A stretch of 64,000 nt of DNA, from NCBI GenBank assembly GCA_026936335.1, contig JAPMXV010000050.1, positions 1 to 64,000 of the forward strand, read 5' to 3'. The notes below the pieces were generated by a model. It did not search any database and was not told where the DNA came from. It worked only from the letters and a program-made list of their open reading frames with translations. Position 1 is the stretch's first letter. Every line of letters begins with the position of its first letter. Position numbers and translations under genes: made by a program. Origin of the DNA: Mantamonas sphyraenae STR306. Lineage: Eukaryota > Protista > CRuMs. Shown piece after piece: positions 11,852 through 24,169 of the stretch.

Positions 11852-12993
11852 ATGGACACCACCGTTGCACAGCCTCCGGCTAAAGACGTCGAGCGCAACA
11901 GCGTTGTCCTTCTCGACTTTGACCAGGACGACCAGTCCCTGGACCCGCGTACGTTTTCAGGAGCCGAGCGGCCCCTTTTTTTCTCCTTGTCCCACTCCCG
12001 CTCACCACAGCCCTCCCCCCGCCTCCAGTTGTCCATGTCGGTGCTGAAAACGACCTTATCGACCAAATGGAAGAAGACTTTGACATGCGCATCAACCTCC
12101 TGGCCGGGAAAAAGTACGACAAGTGGCGCCGCCGCCGCGACCATCTGCAGTGGGTCCTCGGCCTCGGCAACGTCGCCTTCACCGCCTACTGCGTCGCCGG
12201 CCTTCCTCTCGTCATGCCATGGTTCTACGTCGTCAAGTTTGTCGTCCTCATGGTCATCCGCTGCAAAGTTTTCTTTGCCAAGAATTTCCACTACTTCCTT
12301 GCCGACTTTTGCTACTATGCCAACACCCTCCTGGTCGTCCTCATTGTCTTTCAGATCCACTCGGCCCATCTCTTTATCGTGATCTTTGCTCTGGCCAACG
12401 GTCCCCTCGCGTGGGCGGTCGTGGTCTATCGCAATTCCCTTGTCCTCCACAACCTGGACAAACTCACCTCCTGCCTCATCCACATCACCCCGCCCATCGT
12501 CACCTTTACCATGCGCTGGCACGCACACGACCCGGCCTATGCAGTCTGCGAGAACGCCGCATGCACCATCGGCTACGAGTGGACCACCCTTGTGCCCCTG
12601 GGTGCCTTTGTCGCCCATCAAATCTGCTACCTCATCCTTGTGCAGCTTCTCCCTCACAAGCGACTCCGCGAAGACAAGACCATCCTCACCTCCTACCGCT
12701 ACCTCATGAGTGACAAGCGCAGCCTGGTGTACAAACTCGTCACCTGTGCTGGAAACAATCGCAACCTTCGTGTCCTCATGTTTGGCGTCGTCCAGGCCAC
12801 CGGCGCCCTGATCTTTCTCCTCCCCACATGGCTGTTCTACAACTACTACGTTGCCCACCTCATCTTTCTGCTCTACATCCTCACGACTGCTGCCTACAAC
12901 GGCGCCTCCTTCTACTTCCGTGTTTTTGTCCGCCAGCATGCCGAAGAAGCCCTTGCCGAGATGAACAAGAAGAAGCAGAAGCAAAAGCAGTGA
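11852..12993 (+). CDS. GPC1: Glycerophosphocholine acyltransferase (Gpc1/GPCAT, DUF2838 family)
   Basis: Motifs HYFLADFCYYAN and NGPLAWAVVVYRNSLVLHNLDKLTSCLIHITP; multiple TM helices; intron 11949-12028 gives in-frame join. Confidence 0.85.
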
Positions 12994-13083
12994 AAAATGA
13001 ACAACCCCAACCCGAATCCCAACCCCGCTCTCCCCCCCCCAACCCAACCCAACCCCCCTTGCAACCCCCCCCCCCTTGCCACC

Positions 13084-16000
13084 ATGTCCTTCAACGGCCG
13101 CTCCTCCTCCCGCTCCGTCAACATGAGCGGCAACAAAGGCCGCAAGGGACGCAAGGCCCCAGCCACCCGTGACCAAATCCTTGCCAACGCAGAAGCCCGC
13201 AGAAAGCAACAGGATCTCGAGCGCCATCAAACCGTGTTTGCGCTCAAGATCCAGGCCTGGTACCGCACCTACTCCGCAGGCATCAGCGCCCGCCGCTCCA
13301 TTCTCGCTCTCCTCGATGCCCACCTTGCCGACATGGCCATCGAGATGCTCCCAGACGACATGGCCTCCTCCTCTTCCTCCTCCTCCTCCAACACCCCGTC
13401 CCTCAAAGACCTACACGCGCTCCTCCTCTCTCCCTCCGTCTCCTTCTCCGCGTCTGTTCCCTCTGCAGGCTCCGTCCTCCATCTCATCCGCCTCTTCCTC
13501 CTCGCCGTTCCTCCGGCCAGCCTCCTCAACCCGCCACCTCCGGCCTCCCGTGCATACCTGTCCTTCACAGACAACCTCCAGCGCTTTGCCTGCGTCCTCA
13601 AGGTCCTCATTGCCTCTCTGGAATCCAAGGACAAGATCCGCAACTATGCTGTCCTCCTCCTCGCAGAGCCCATCGTGCCCAGCTGGACCTGGCAAACACG
13701 CCGCCTCCTCACCCTCGCCACCTCTCTCCTCCTCGACACAGACACCATCCTCTTTGAGACCACTCACCGCTGGGCACTCCTTGCTCTTATGACTCTTACC
13801 AACTCTTCCCTCTGGGCCTTCCGCGGTCACAAGAAGCAGCCCATCAAGCTGCTCCTTCGCGACCACGCCACACAGCTCCTCCACTACGTTTCCTACGCCA
13901 CTCCTGGCCTTTTTCCCGCCATGCGCTCCACGCTTCTCTCCCTCCTCATCCACCGCGTCGACACAGGCCCTCTCAAGCAGGGTCACCGCCTCCTGGCCGA
14001 CATTGCCGTCTCCCTCTCCCTCCGCGCCCTGCAAGCAGAAAACACACATCTCGACGACTGCATTCCATCCGCCCTTGTCTCTCCGTTCTACCAACTCCTC
14101 GACCGCAGCCCTGCCCGCCTCTTTATCCTCTTTATCGCCACCGTGCCCAATCTCAACCACCTCTGCACCCCTTCTGGCCTCGCCGCCATTGTTAACCACG
14201 CTTCCGACGACGCCACCCCCTGGCTGCGCATTCTCCAGGAGCTTGTTTACGAGCTCAAGGGTGCCAATTCCACCCTCCACAACTCCCTCCTCCTGCCCCA
14301 CCTTGCCTTTGACCCCGAGGCCGTCCTCCAAACAGACACAGACACCTACGACCGCATCTCTCTCGCCCCGTGGCTTCTTGGCAACCTCATCCACCTCTGG
14401 TCCCTCAGCGACCACTCCCCGATCGATGACAGTGCAGAGGCAGACGCCACAGACACCTTTTGGTTCCTCGAATCCGTCCGCACCCTCCTCACCTACCTCC
14501 CCGACACCCTCCTCTCCGACAAGAGCATCTATCCCCCCATATTTACAGACCTCCTTGCCGAACTTGCCACCCAGATGACGTCCCTCTGGAAGCCCCGCGC
14601 CGCAAACCTCCTCTTTGCCTTTTTCGACTCCATGGACATGCAGTCCACCTCCGACAGCATTTCCATCGACGACTCCTCCTCCTCCTCTTCCTCCTCCTCC
14701 TCCTCCTCCACCACCACCACCACCACCACCACCAACCCCTCCTCCTCCTCCTCCTCCTCCTCCTCCAAATTCGCCTCCTTCCTCAAACGACTCCGCCGAT
14801 CCACCTCCACCACCTCCACCATCACCACCACCACCACCTCCTCCTCCTCCCCATCCCCTTCCTACATAACCATCCCAGAAGACGTCGTCCAGGCTTGCGA
14901 AATCTTCACACTTCTGGCCTCCATCGGCGCCTCTTTCCGCCAAAGCGTCCTCTCCTTCCTCGCCTTTGGCACAAACCTCGTCCCTGCCTTGTGGCAGCTC
15001 ATCAAGCAAACCCAAGACTACGAGCACTGCACCTCCTACCTCGTCGCAGACCTCGACGCCCCGGTCTCCGTCTTTGACGTCGCCCCGCACGCCTCCATTC
15101 CTGTCGTCACTCTCTTTGCCTCCCTCTACGCCCACCAGCTCTATCTCCTCAACGACTACGAAGTCTTTGAGCAGCAGGTGCCCTTCCCCCTCGACGAAGC
15201 CGCACGGATTGCCTCCTTCATGAACCTCCTCCTCTTTCGCTGCTGTGCCGCACAGGGCCAGCACTCTGTACACCACCATGCCCCGCCCGCCTCCCTCGTC
15301 CGTGCCGTAAAGTCATGTCTCGCCCAGCTTTATGCCCGCGACAACCGTCATCCCTTTTGCGACGACAACACCTGGCTCTACCCTGCTCGCCTCCTCGACA
15401 CGCAGGCCTACATCGACGCCGCCCTCACACGCAACCAGTACACCTGGTTCCTCAGCCTCGTCCAGACCATGCCCCACGTCATCGACTTTCACGACCGCGT
15501 CAAGATGCTCCGCTCAAATCTCGCCCAGGTGCACGCCCAGTATGGCGCCCATCCGTCCGACTTTGTCGTCCGCCGCTCACGCCTCGTCGAAGACACCATC
15601 GACCAGACAAACGCCCTCTCAAGCAGCATCCGCGGCCGCATCCGCGTCGTTTTCATCGACACCTTTGGCAACCGCGAGGAGGGCATCGATGCTGGCGGTC
15701 TCATGAAGGAATGGCTCGAAACCGTCGTTGAAGAAACCTTCAATCCCACCTTTGGCCTCTTTGCCACCAACGACACGGGCAAGCTCTATCCCTCCACCCT
15801 CAGCAAGGTCATCCACGGCGACGAGCACATCCGACTCTTCCGCTTTGTTGGCATGATGCTTGCAAAGGCCATCTACGAAGGCATTGTCGTCGAGCTCCCG
15901 TTGGCCGGGTTCTTCCTCGACCGCCTCCTTGGCAAGAGCAGCAGCGTCGAGGAGCTCCAGACCCTCGACAAGGACATGTACAAAGGCCTCCAGCTCGTCA

Positions 16001-16740
16001 AGTCCTTCAAGGGCGACATGGACGACCTCTGCCTCACCTTCTCCGTCATGGAAGACAATCTGGGCGACCCCTACATCGTCGATCTCATCCCGCACGGCCG
16101 CGACGTCGACGTCACCCACGCAAACAAGATCGAGTACGTCCACCGCGTCGCCGACTACTACCTCAACACGCGCATCAAGCGCCAAACAGACGCCTTTGTC
16201 CAGGGCTTCCGCTACTGCATGAACGACGAGTGGATGGCCCTCTTCAACCGTGACATCGAGCTTCAGCGCCTCATCAGTGGCGACGCCTCCCAGATGGACA
16301 TCGACGACCTCGCTGCCCACACCGTCTACGACGGTTGCTCTCCCCACGATCCCGTCGTCCAATGGTTCTGGCAGGCCGTCGCCGACATGGACGGCAACCA
16401 GCGCCGCAAGATGCTAAAGTTTGTCACCAGCGTCAGCAACGCCCCCATTGGCGGCTTCAAGTTTCTCGAGCCCGCCTTTCGCATCCGCGTCGTCGATGTT
16501 GGCAGCAACGAGCGCAGCAGCAGCGGAAGCAGCAGCAGCAGCAGCGCCAGTAGCAGTGGCGGCGGCTTCCGCAGTTTCCTCGGCGGTCTCAAACACCAAG
16601 TATCCGGCGACATCGACCGCATCCCCAGCGCCTCTACCTGCTTCAACCTTCTCAAACTCCCTCGCTACAAACACAAGTCCACCCTCGTGGAAAAGCTGGA
16701 CCTCGCCATCAACAGCAACGCTGGCTTCGACCTCGCGTGA
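13084..16740 (+). CDS. HECT E3 ubiquitin ligase, UBE3B/UBE3C (Hul5)-like
   Basis: N-terminal IQ motif (ALKIQAWYR); HECT motifs EEGIDAGGLMKEW, MLKFVTS and catalytic RIPSASTCFNLLKLP; an alternative upstream ATG lies at 12997. Confidence 0.92.
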   Translation: MSFNGRSSSRSVNMSGNKGRKGRKAPATRDQILANAEARRKQQDLERHQTVFALKIQAWYRTYSAGISARRSILALLDAHLADMAIEMLPDDMASSSSSSSSNTPSLKDLHALLLSPSVSFSASVPSAGSVLHLIRLFLLAVPPASLLNPPPPASRAYLSFTDNLQRFACVLKVLIASLESKDKIRNYAVLLLAEPIVPSWTWQTRRLLTLATSLLLDTDTILFETTHRWALLALMTLTNSSLWAFRGHKKQPIKLLLRDHATQLLHYVSYATPGLFPAMRSTLLSLLIHRVDTGPLKQGHRLLADIAVSLSLRALQAENTHLDDCIPSALVSPFYQLLDRSPARLFILFIATVPNLNHLCTPSGLAAIVNHASDDATPWLRILQELVYELKGANSTLHNSLLLPHLAFDPEAVLQTDTDTYDRISLAPWLLGNLIHLWSLSDHSPIDDSAEADATDTFWFLESVRTLLTYLPDTLLSDKSIYPPIFTDLLAELATQMTSLWKPRAANLLFAFFDSMDMQSTSDSISIDDSSSSSSSSSSSSTTTTTTTTNPSSSSSSSSSKFASFLKRLRRSTSTTSTITTTTTSSSSPSPSYITIPEDVVQACEIFTLLASIGASFRQSVLSFLAFGTNLVPALWQLIKQTQDYEHCTSYLVADLDAPVSVFDVAPHASIPVVTLFASLYAHQLYLLNDYEVFEQQVPFPLDEAARIASFMNLLLFRCCAAQGQHSVHHHAPPASLVRAVKSCLAQLYARDNRHPFCDDNTWLYPARLLDTQAYIDAALTRNQYTWFLSLVQTMPHVIDFHDRVKMLRSNLAQVHAQYGAHPSDFVVRRSRLVEDTIDQTNALSSSIRGRIRVVFIDTFGNREEGIDAGGLMKEWLETVVEETFNPTFGLFATNDTGKLYPSTLSKVIHGDEHIRLFRFVGMMLAKAIYEGIVVELPLAGFFLDRLLGKSSSVEELQTLDKDMYKGLQLVKSFKGDMDDLCLTFSVMEDNLGDPYIVDLIPHGRDVDVTHANKIEYVHRVADYYLNTRIKRQTDAFVQGFRYCMNDEWMALFNRDIELQRLISGDASQMDIDDLAAHTVYDGCSPHDPVVQWFWQAVADMDGNQRRKMLKFVTSVSNAPIGGFKFLEPAFRIRVVDVGSNERSSSGSSSSSSASSSGGGFRSFLGGLKHQVSGDIDRIPSASTCFNLLKLPRYKHKSTLVEKLDLAINSNAGFDLA

Positions 16741-16785
16741 TCGCTCGCTCTGGCCCAAACTAAACCAATTTCCCCGTTTCCCTCC

Positions 16786-18104
16786 ATGTCCATCACCGAG
16801 CTCATGGCTGCGGTGCGTGGCAACAACACCGATCTTGTGGCCGAGGTGCTCAAGACCAGCAAGGAGGTCACCATAGACTCCCGGCACCCCGAGCTCAACT
16901 TTGCCACTCCGTTGCACGAGGCCTCCCGCCTGGGCTACGCAGACATGGTGCAGTACCTGCTGGACCACGACGCAGACCCAAACATGCGCGACATTACCGG
17001 CCAGACTCCCCTCCTCGAGGCCGCCCTGTGGGGCCACGAACCCGTCGTTGACCTTCTCCTCCGCAACGGCGCAAACAAGGACGCCACAAACAAGATTGGC
17101 CAGAGCGCCGTCATGCGTGCCGTCCTCTTTGAGCACCAGGACGTCATCAAACGCCTCATTGCCGCCAAATGCAACCTGGACCAAGCCAACCGCTGGGGAG
17201 AAACGGTTCTTCACAAGGCGGCCGAAGCCGGCGACCGCGACCTGTGTCAGCTGCTCCTCGAGAGTGGCGCCGACGTCCTGAAAAAGAACAACGTCGAAGA
17301 GACTGCCTACGAGCTTGCTTTTTCCAAGGGGCACATCGAAGTCACCGCCCTGCTCAGTCAGCACACCGTCAACCGGATGCGCGAGATGAAAGAGGCCAAA
17401 CAAAAGGCCCGCACCCTCGAGGAGCAGCAGGAGCTCGAGGAGCTGCAAGAGGACGAGGACGACGAGGGCGTCGATCTCGAAGAGCAGCAGCGTGTCGCCG
17501 ATCTCAAGGCCAAACTCAAGGCGCAGCGTGCCAAAGGTGCCTCCTCCTCTTCAGCCTCCGACAGCTCACCCTCCACCTCCCAAACCATTGTCAAGCGTGA
17601 ACGCGGCGCACGCGGCCGCAAACGCGTCGTCGTCAACCCGGACGCAGGTTCAGGCAGCCGCAGCGGCAGCGAGAGCGAAGGCGAAGCCTCCTCCTCCTCT
17701 GCCGCCTCCTCATCCTCCACCACCCCCTCCATCCGTCGCCGCCAGCGGCCCCAGCCAGCCTCATCCACTCCTTCACCGTCAACCACCACCTCATCCAAAC
17801 CCAAGCAAGACACCGATTCCGGAGCTGGTGTCGGTGCCGCCTCCACACCCACCATCCGCCGCCGCGAACGCCCTTCCCGAGCCAACACCACCACCACTAC
17901 CACCTCATCATCATCCTCATCCTCATCCCCCTCCCCTCCTCTTCCCCCTCCCCCTCTGCTTCAACCACAACCCCCACCATCAAACGCCGCGAACGCCCAG
18001 CCCGAACAACCCCAGCCCCATCTGCATCTGCAGACAACGACAACAACGACTCTCCTGCACCTCTCATCCGAAGGAGAGAACGGCCCACACGAAGAAACCG
18101 ATGA
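16786..18104 (+). CDS. Ankyrin repeat protein with coiled coil and S/T-rich tail bearing (I)RRRERP repeats; apparent 1-nt frameshift near 17935
   Basis: TPLHEAS, GQTPLLEAA and GETVLHKAA ankyrin motifs; the RRRERP motif series continues in the -1 frame to TGA at 18102-18104. Confidence 0.8.
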
Positions 18105-18144
18105 CAGCGAATGCAAACAATGTCCATTCCTCACCCTCACCCCC

Positions 18145-20566
18145 TCACACCGAAAACAGCCCACTCGCAAGAAGCAGATTCCTGGCACTAAACCGAACCG
18201 AGTACACATGCGTCTGCTTGGTGTACAACACCTTGAGACAACTGTCCTGCGACCCAGCCGTCGACCCGCCAAACGACTTGCTCGAAGCCATGCTGGCACT
18301 GCTTGCCGAGCGGCGCAGACTGCTGCTCGACGACGAGCTGCTCGACGACGACGTCGCTGCCGTCAGACCCAAGTCTCCCACGCTCATCCCGCGTGCTCCT
18401 GTGGCATTCCACAGCCGCACGGTGCAGTCGTCCGATCCAGACGCGAGCACGCTCCCTTCCTTGCTAAAGTCCAGCGACCACACAGCCCCGTTGTGTCCTC
18501 GCAGCGTCTTCAGCCGCTTTCCTGTGCTAATGTCAAACAACACAATGTCGTTGTCTGCGCCACCCGTTGCCAGACACCGTCCGTCGGGCGAAAACGCCAT
18601 CGAGTACACCGTCGAGTGCGTGGTAAAGATCCGCACGCAGTGGCCGCTGCTCACATCCCAAAGCCGCACGCTCTTGTCCGACGAGCCCGTCGCCACATAG
18701 TTGCTGTTTGGATGGAAGCGCACGCAGTCCACGTCCGCCAGATGGCCCGCAAACACACGCAGCGGAAACACGTGGTCCGTGCTCCACAGCCGCGCCGTCC
18801 GGTCGTGTGACGCACTCGCAAAGTAGTATCCAAACGGCGAAAAGTCCACGTCCCACACCGGAAAGTTGTGGCCCTTGTACGTCACCAGGTTGCTGCGAGA
18901 TTCCATGTCCCACAGCCGCACCGTGCTGTCTTCGCTCCCGCTCAACAAGAACCGTTGGTCCGGCGAAAACTTCAGCGAATACACAGGCCCACTGTGACCC
19001 ACCAGCTTCTGCACGCCGCCTTCCTGCTTGTACGACTTGCGCTTCAGCGACACGCTGCTCGAGCTGCTTTGGCTCCCGTTCCCGTTCTCGTCGCCTCCCT
19101 CCAGCTCCATGCTCTTTTCGCTCACACCTTCCTCGCTGACCTCGTCCTCTGTGCTCTTCTGCGACGCCTCCAGGTCGTCCATGTCCCACAGTCGGATCAC
19201 GCTGTTGCTGAACCCGCCCGCCACCATGCTTCCGTCGCCCGACATTTCCACCGTGTTCAGCGAGTTGGTGCTGTTGAAAAACGTAAACATGCAGCACGAC
19301 GGCAGGTTGCTGCTGCTCAGCTTCACCCTCTGCCGCAGATCGTCCAGATTCCGCACCTCCATCTCGTCCGAAAGCCGCGGGATCCGAATCGACGACTTGG
19401 AGTACATCGCCTGCTTGCTCGACCCTGCCCCGTCGCTCGACCCGCTCCCGTCCCCATCCTCTCCCTCCTTCTTCCGCTTCTTGTTGGCCGCCTGCTCCAG
19501 CTCCCGGTAGACTACGTGTGTGTGTGTGTGTGTGTGTGTGCATCATCCCCGTGCGTCAGCTCCGCCCGTTCCTCCCATCCTCCTCCTCCCTCTCTCCCGA
19601 CAACCTACTCTTCTTCAGCTCCCGCCTCCCAGAGTCGCTCCAGTACACCTCCTCCGGCAACACTCCCCAGTGCACTGCCTCTTCTTCCATCCGAGACTCG
19701 TCCTGAGTGTGTCCGCCGCCCTGCTGTGTCAGCCTGTCGTCCCGCTTCCCCTCTTGCCCCGCCAAAAATGCGGAAAACCCACCTGCGCCGTCGCGCCCGT
19801 AATCACGTTCACAAAGTCCTTTTCCTCTTCTGCGTCCTCGTCGTCTCCGTACTTTGGGATGCGTGTAAACACCTGGATGTTCACATACTGGTTCAGGATG
19901 CTGAGCAGCAACATGTAACCCTGCTCTTGCAGAAATGTGATCAGCAGTTCGAACGAGTACGAGCTCATGTTCACGTTGAACTTGTTTGTGCGGAACAGAT
20001 GGCACACTGCGTTCTCAGACACCAGGTCTGTCGTCTTTACTCCCTCCAGCTGCTGGATTTCGCTCTGTGTAAAGAAAAACGCGGTGTCAACGGTGTCAAT
20101 GCGCCGCCCCTGCGCCACCCCGCTTCCCCCGTCGGCTCTGGATATCCCGCTCCTGCACCCAACCTACCGCATGCCGATGCTGGTGCATCTTTCTGTGCTT
20201 CTTCAGAAACTGCTGTGCCTCCTTGTGTCGCTTCTTTGTCACCAGATCCAGGTAGCAGTGCACAAACAACGGGTACAACACCGCAAACAGCTCGTTCTTG
20301 TACATATCCAACGACGACTCCATCCAGTTTTTCAAATGAGTGTACGCGTCGTCATATCGCTTCGGGTCCTTCAACTCATCCGGGTTGTAAAACTGGATGT
20401 AGTTCACAATCGTCCCGCTCAAGTCCAGCTGCCGTGCGATCGACCTGTCCATGCTGTTGCCCTTGCTCTCGTCCTTCAGTGCCTTTTCTGCAGATGTGTA
20501 CCCTCTCTTTTTCAGGTACGCAATCACAATCTTGTCCAAATCGCTATCGTAGAGCGTCGTGGTCAT
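18145..20566 (-). CDS. TAF5: TFIID subunit 5 (LisH, NTD2, WD40 repeats)
   Basis: IAYLKKRGY; YKNELFAVLYPLFVHCYLDLV; LPSCCMFTF; WD40s GHSGPVY, YKGHNFPVWDV, FAGHLADVDCVRFHPNSNYVATGSSD; introns 20167-20110, 19782-19703, 19608-19512. Confidence 0.95.
19516..19540. repeat. (GT)n microsatellite in a TAF5 intron
   Basis: gtgtgtgt... run. Confidence 0.85.
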
Positions 20567-20618
20567 GCTGGTCGGGCTGCTCCCGCCTGCGCGCCGCACC
20601 CCAACCACACCTCCACTG

Positions 20619-23205
20619 ATGACCACCTCCATCAAACAACAACTCTACGACGTCCGCCAATCTCGCTTGGCGCAAGACCAAGACTCCAAGCCTCCACCTC
20701 CTCCTCCTCCTCCTCCTCCTCCTACTCCTCCTCCTCAAGCCAGCCATCCTCCACCACCGCACACAACTCCACCACCTCCGCCGCCCTCTCCAAAGCACAT
20801 ATCTACCTCTGCTACGACTGGGCTGCAGACAGCAGTCACAGGGAACCCTTCCACGTCTACCTCCAAGGCGAGCCCGTCCTCTTTGACACGAAAAAGGTCC
20901 AACAACAACTCCACACCTCCTTCCGCCTCTCCTCTCTTTACGTCCGCCGTCACGTCCTCCTCACCGTTGCAGACAACCTTCTCCACGCACGCAACACCGC
21001 CATCTTCCTTGTGGACGACACACGCAGCGAGGGCAAGTCCCTCGTTTACGAGGCAGTTGAGGAGCTCATCCAGCGCCCCTTTGTGTTCTCCTATTCCCCC
21101 CAGACCACCAACCGCACCCTCTCCTACACCTCGTACCAAGGCGGCATTGAAGCTACCACCATCGACATCACTGTCCTCGGCCACGATGGCTCTCCGGCCT
21201 CCTCCACAATCACCATTGTCCGGCTTCAACCTGACGACGGGCGTACCACAAAGCCCCTCGAGTCCACCGGTGACACCGCCCAGCTCTACCTCATCGTCGC
21301 CCTTCTTGCTCCCGGACGCATCTACAACGACACCCCGCCCTCCTTCGGAACGCTGCTCGCAGACCTCGACCACTACTTTCCCAACCTTTCTTTCCTCACC
21401 CTCGCCGTCGCCAACCCCCAGAAATCCAACTCCCCGCACCTCTCTTCCCCTGTCCCCTTTACAAACCGCGTTCTCTCGGACCGAATGATCCTCCGCCGCA
21501 CCCGCGTTGCCGCCGCCTCGTCGACCAAACTCTACAGCACCCGCACCTCCACCACTTTATCAACCTCATCAACCTCCTCCCCCTCCTCCTCCTCCTCATC
21601 CACAACCACCTCCTCTTCCTCCTCCCCCACACCCCCCTCCACAATCCTAACCAAGGACACCCGCGTCGCAACTTTCCTCGTCATCGACGACAATCCACCA
21701 GAAGACCACACTTCCAACTCCATGTACCTCACCTCTCCATCTCACATCCTCTCGGCCTCGACAAGTCTGCCACCACGGGCAACCTCTACGAATTCGACCA
21801 CATCGCCAACACAACCGACCGCGACGCACTCATCTTCCCGCCCCTTGCCACGGAAATTCACTCCTGGATGCAAACAAACGAGTCCCTCCTCGTCCTCGTC
21901 TACGGCCACGACAACTCATGCGACCTCCTCTCCAAACACGACGCTCCCGTACGCGCCTGGCTCGACTCCCAGGCAACCATCACCCCGCGCTGCGAGGTTT
22001 TCAACTACGACAGGCTCTCTCTCCTCGAAGCTTCGTCCCACAACGCCACTGCCGTCTCCCCGCAACAGCTTTCAAACGTCCTCGCCACTGCCAACGCAAA
22101 GCTCGACCGCATCCCGTCTGAAGAGCGTGCCCTTGCCGTCGTCGCCTGGATTTTCGCCACACAGGACAACGACGACAATGCACACACCCTCATCCTCCTC
22201 CAATGTCCCTGGCAGTGCACCCTCGACGGCAAGCGCGTTTCCGTCTCCAAGGACTACCTCCGCTTCCAAAACACCATCCTCCAGAACTTCTGGTTCCTCC
22301 TACGCATGCGTGCCATGCGCAAGTTCAACAAAAACGAGCTGCGCAACCTCTCTCGACAGGGCAAACTCGCTCGCCTCGTCATCGATACTCTCGGAGTCGA
22401 CTGTCCCCTGCTGTTCCTCGCAAACACCCACCGCGCCGTCGTCTCCTCCCACGAAAATCTCCTCTACATGCTCCAGATCACATCTTCCATGCGTGCATAC
22501 CTTGGCGCCTCGCGTGGTGTGAGCCAAGCCGTGTGGGACTCTGTACAAACGCAAGAGGATCAGGAGCTCCATCAACCGCACCAAAGCTCCGACGACCCGC
22601 AAACTGCCTCCTCTGCCAGCTCCTCCCTCGATCTCCTTTCATTTAATCAGAAGCTTGCAGACGTCGAGCATGCCATCAGCGTCATCCAGCACCACGACAA
22701 CCACCACGCCGAACACGACGCTCTTCTCAAACACAACACCTCCGCCCTTGTCGCCGCCCAGCAGGCCGCCGAACAGCTCCGTGCAGACAACCCCCACTTC
22801 CTCGAGGTCGCCCCCGTCATGCACGACAGCGAAGCCGCAATCTTTGTCAACGACGGCTCCTGCGCCTGGATCGCCTTTGCTGACAGCCCCATGCAGCCCT
22901 GGCAGCCATGCTGGATGGCCATCGGCCTCCTTGATCTTTTTGGTGACGTCCAGGAGCAGCACGTGTCCTTTGTCCAGCGCAACGGAGCCATTGTGCAGCA
23001 CGCCACCCTCACCCTTTCCTACACCAACGACTCCCTTTCCCTCGCTGCGACAGGGCCTTGCTCCCTTGCCGTCTCCATCTTTGGCGACGACGAGCATGTG
23101 CAACTCGACTCCACTGCCCCGCCCCTGCGCATGGACCACATCCGTCTCGACACCCTCGATCCCGAGCATGCCCTGTGTTTTCTCTGGACCGCAAATCAAG
23201 ATTGA
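20619..23205 (+). CDS. Hypothetical protein with degenerate kinesin-motor-like region; two apparent frameshifts (~20690 and ~21735)
   Basis: Protein-like text moves across three frames. YEFDHI...IFPPL...LLVLVYG and GKLARLVIDTLGVDCPLLFLANT...ENLLYMLQI resemble kinesin motifs. Confidence 0.5.
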
Positions 23206-23241
23206 CTCCATTCATGCTGCTCGCTCCATCCCCGTCCCTCT

Positions 23242-24103
23242 TCACATAAACCCGTCAAAGTCTCCGCCTGCGTTAAAGTCGTCCTCTCCATAGTCGTCCA
23301 TCGCCGACGCCGCTACCCGCACATTCGCCTTCTTCTTCTTTGTGCGCTTCTTCTTCGGGCCCTTCTCCTCCTTGATTTTGTTGTTGTACAGCACGTTCAA
23401 CGACGCCTGCACGTCTTTCACCTCGTCCGAACGCATCTCGTTGCACGCCTCCTTCAGCAGCTCCTTCAGCAGCTTCTGAAAGTGCTTGCTTCCTTCGTAG
23501 TCCTGCAGCTTCTTGCCCACCTTGCTCCCCAGCTCCACAAACTCGCTCTCCGTCGTCGGCTCTCCAAACGTAAAGTCTGCGCCGTCCACAGGCACCGCTG
23601 TATCCATGTGCCCGCGTGTCCGTACGTCGCCCCACGCACGTGTCAGCATGCGCCAAGCCATTCCCGGAAAACCCAACTCCGGCCCCTTCCCAACACCACA
23701 CACACTTACGCGACGTGTCCACAAAGCCCGAAAACAGGTCTTTCGACAATTCAATGTCCGCCTCCTCCACTGCCCGCTGTGCGTTCTTGCGTGCCGCTCC
23801 AGGGTCTGCCTCAGCCTCCTCTCGCGCCTGCTTTTCCATCTCGCGCATTTTGCGTTCCTTCTCTTCCTTCTCCTTGGCCAGCTGCTTCAGCGTCTTCTTC
23901 TTCTTCGGCTTGGCATACGTCTTCACACTCCCCTCCTGCTTCCCAGCACCTGCCGACGGGCCCTTGGCCTTCTCTCCCTCCTCCCCCTCTTCATCCGACA
24001 CATCCCACTCGTCCGGAACGTCCTCGTCGTCCCCTCCGGCTTCCTCGTCTTCCCAGGTGGCCGGAATTTCGTCCTCATCGGAAAAGTCGTCCCAAGCGCT
24101 CAT
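23242..24103 (-). CDS. EIF3J: Eukaryotic translation initiation factor 3 subunit J
   Basis: Acidic N-terminus WEDEE...DVPDEWD; EEADIELSKDLFSG; SLNVLYNNKIKEEK; C-terminal DDF...DFDGFM; intron 23709-23598. Confidence 0.9.
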
Positions 24104-24169
24104 CTTGCTTCGAATTCAACAATGCCTGCCCTCGCGCGCTTCCGCGTTTTTCATTTCTCCATCCTCCCC

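Noticed and set aside
14670-14850. (TCC)n/(ACC)n/(AGC)n runs here and in many other genes
   Set aside because: Ordinary coding microsatellites giving poly-Ser/Thr linkers
18105-18810. Ankyrin ORF extending ~700 bp into TAF5 as a true overlap
   Set aside because: Better explained by a 1-nt frameshift with the stop at 18104; the extension reads as antisense WD40 sequence
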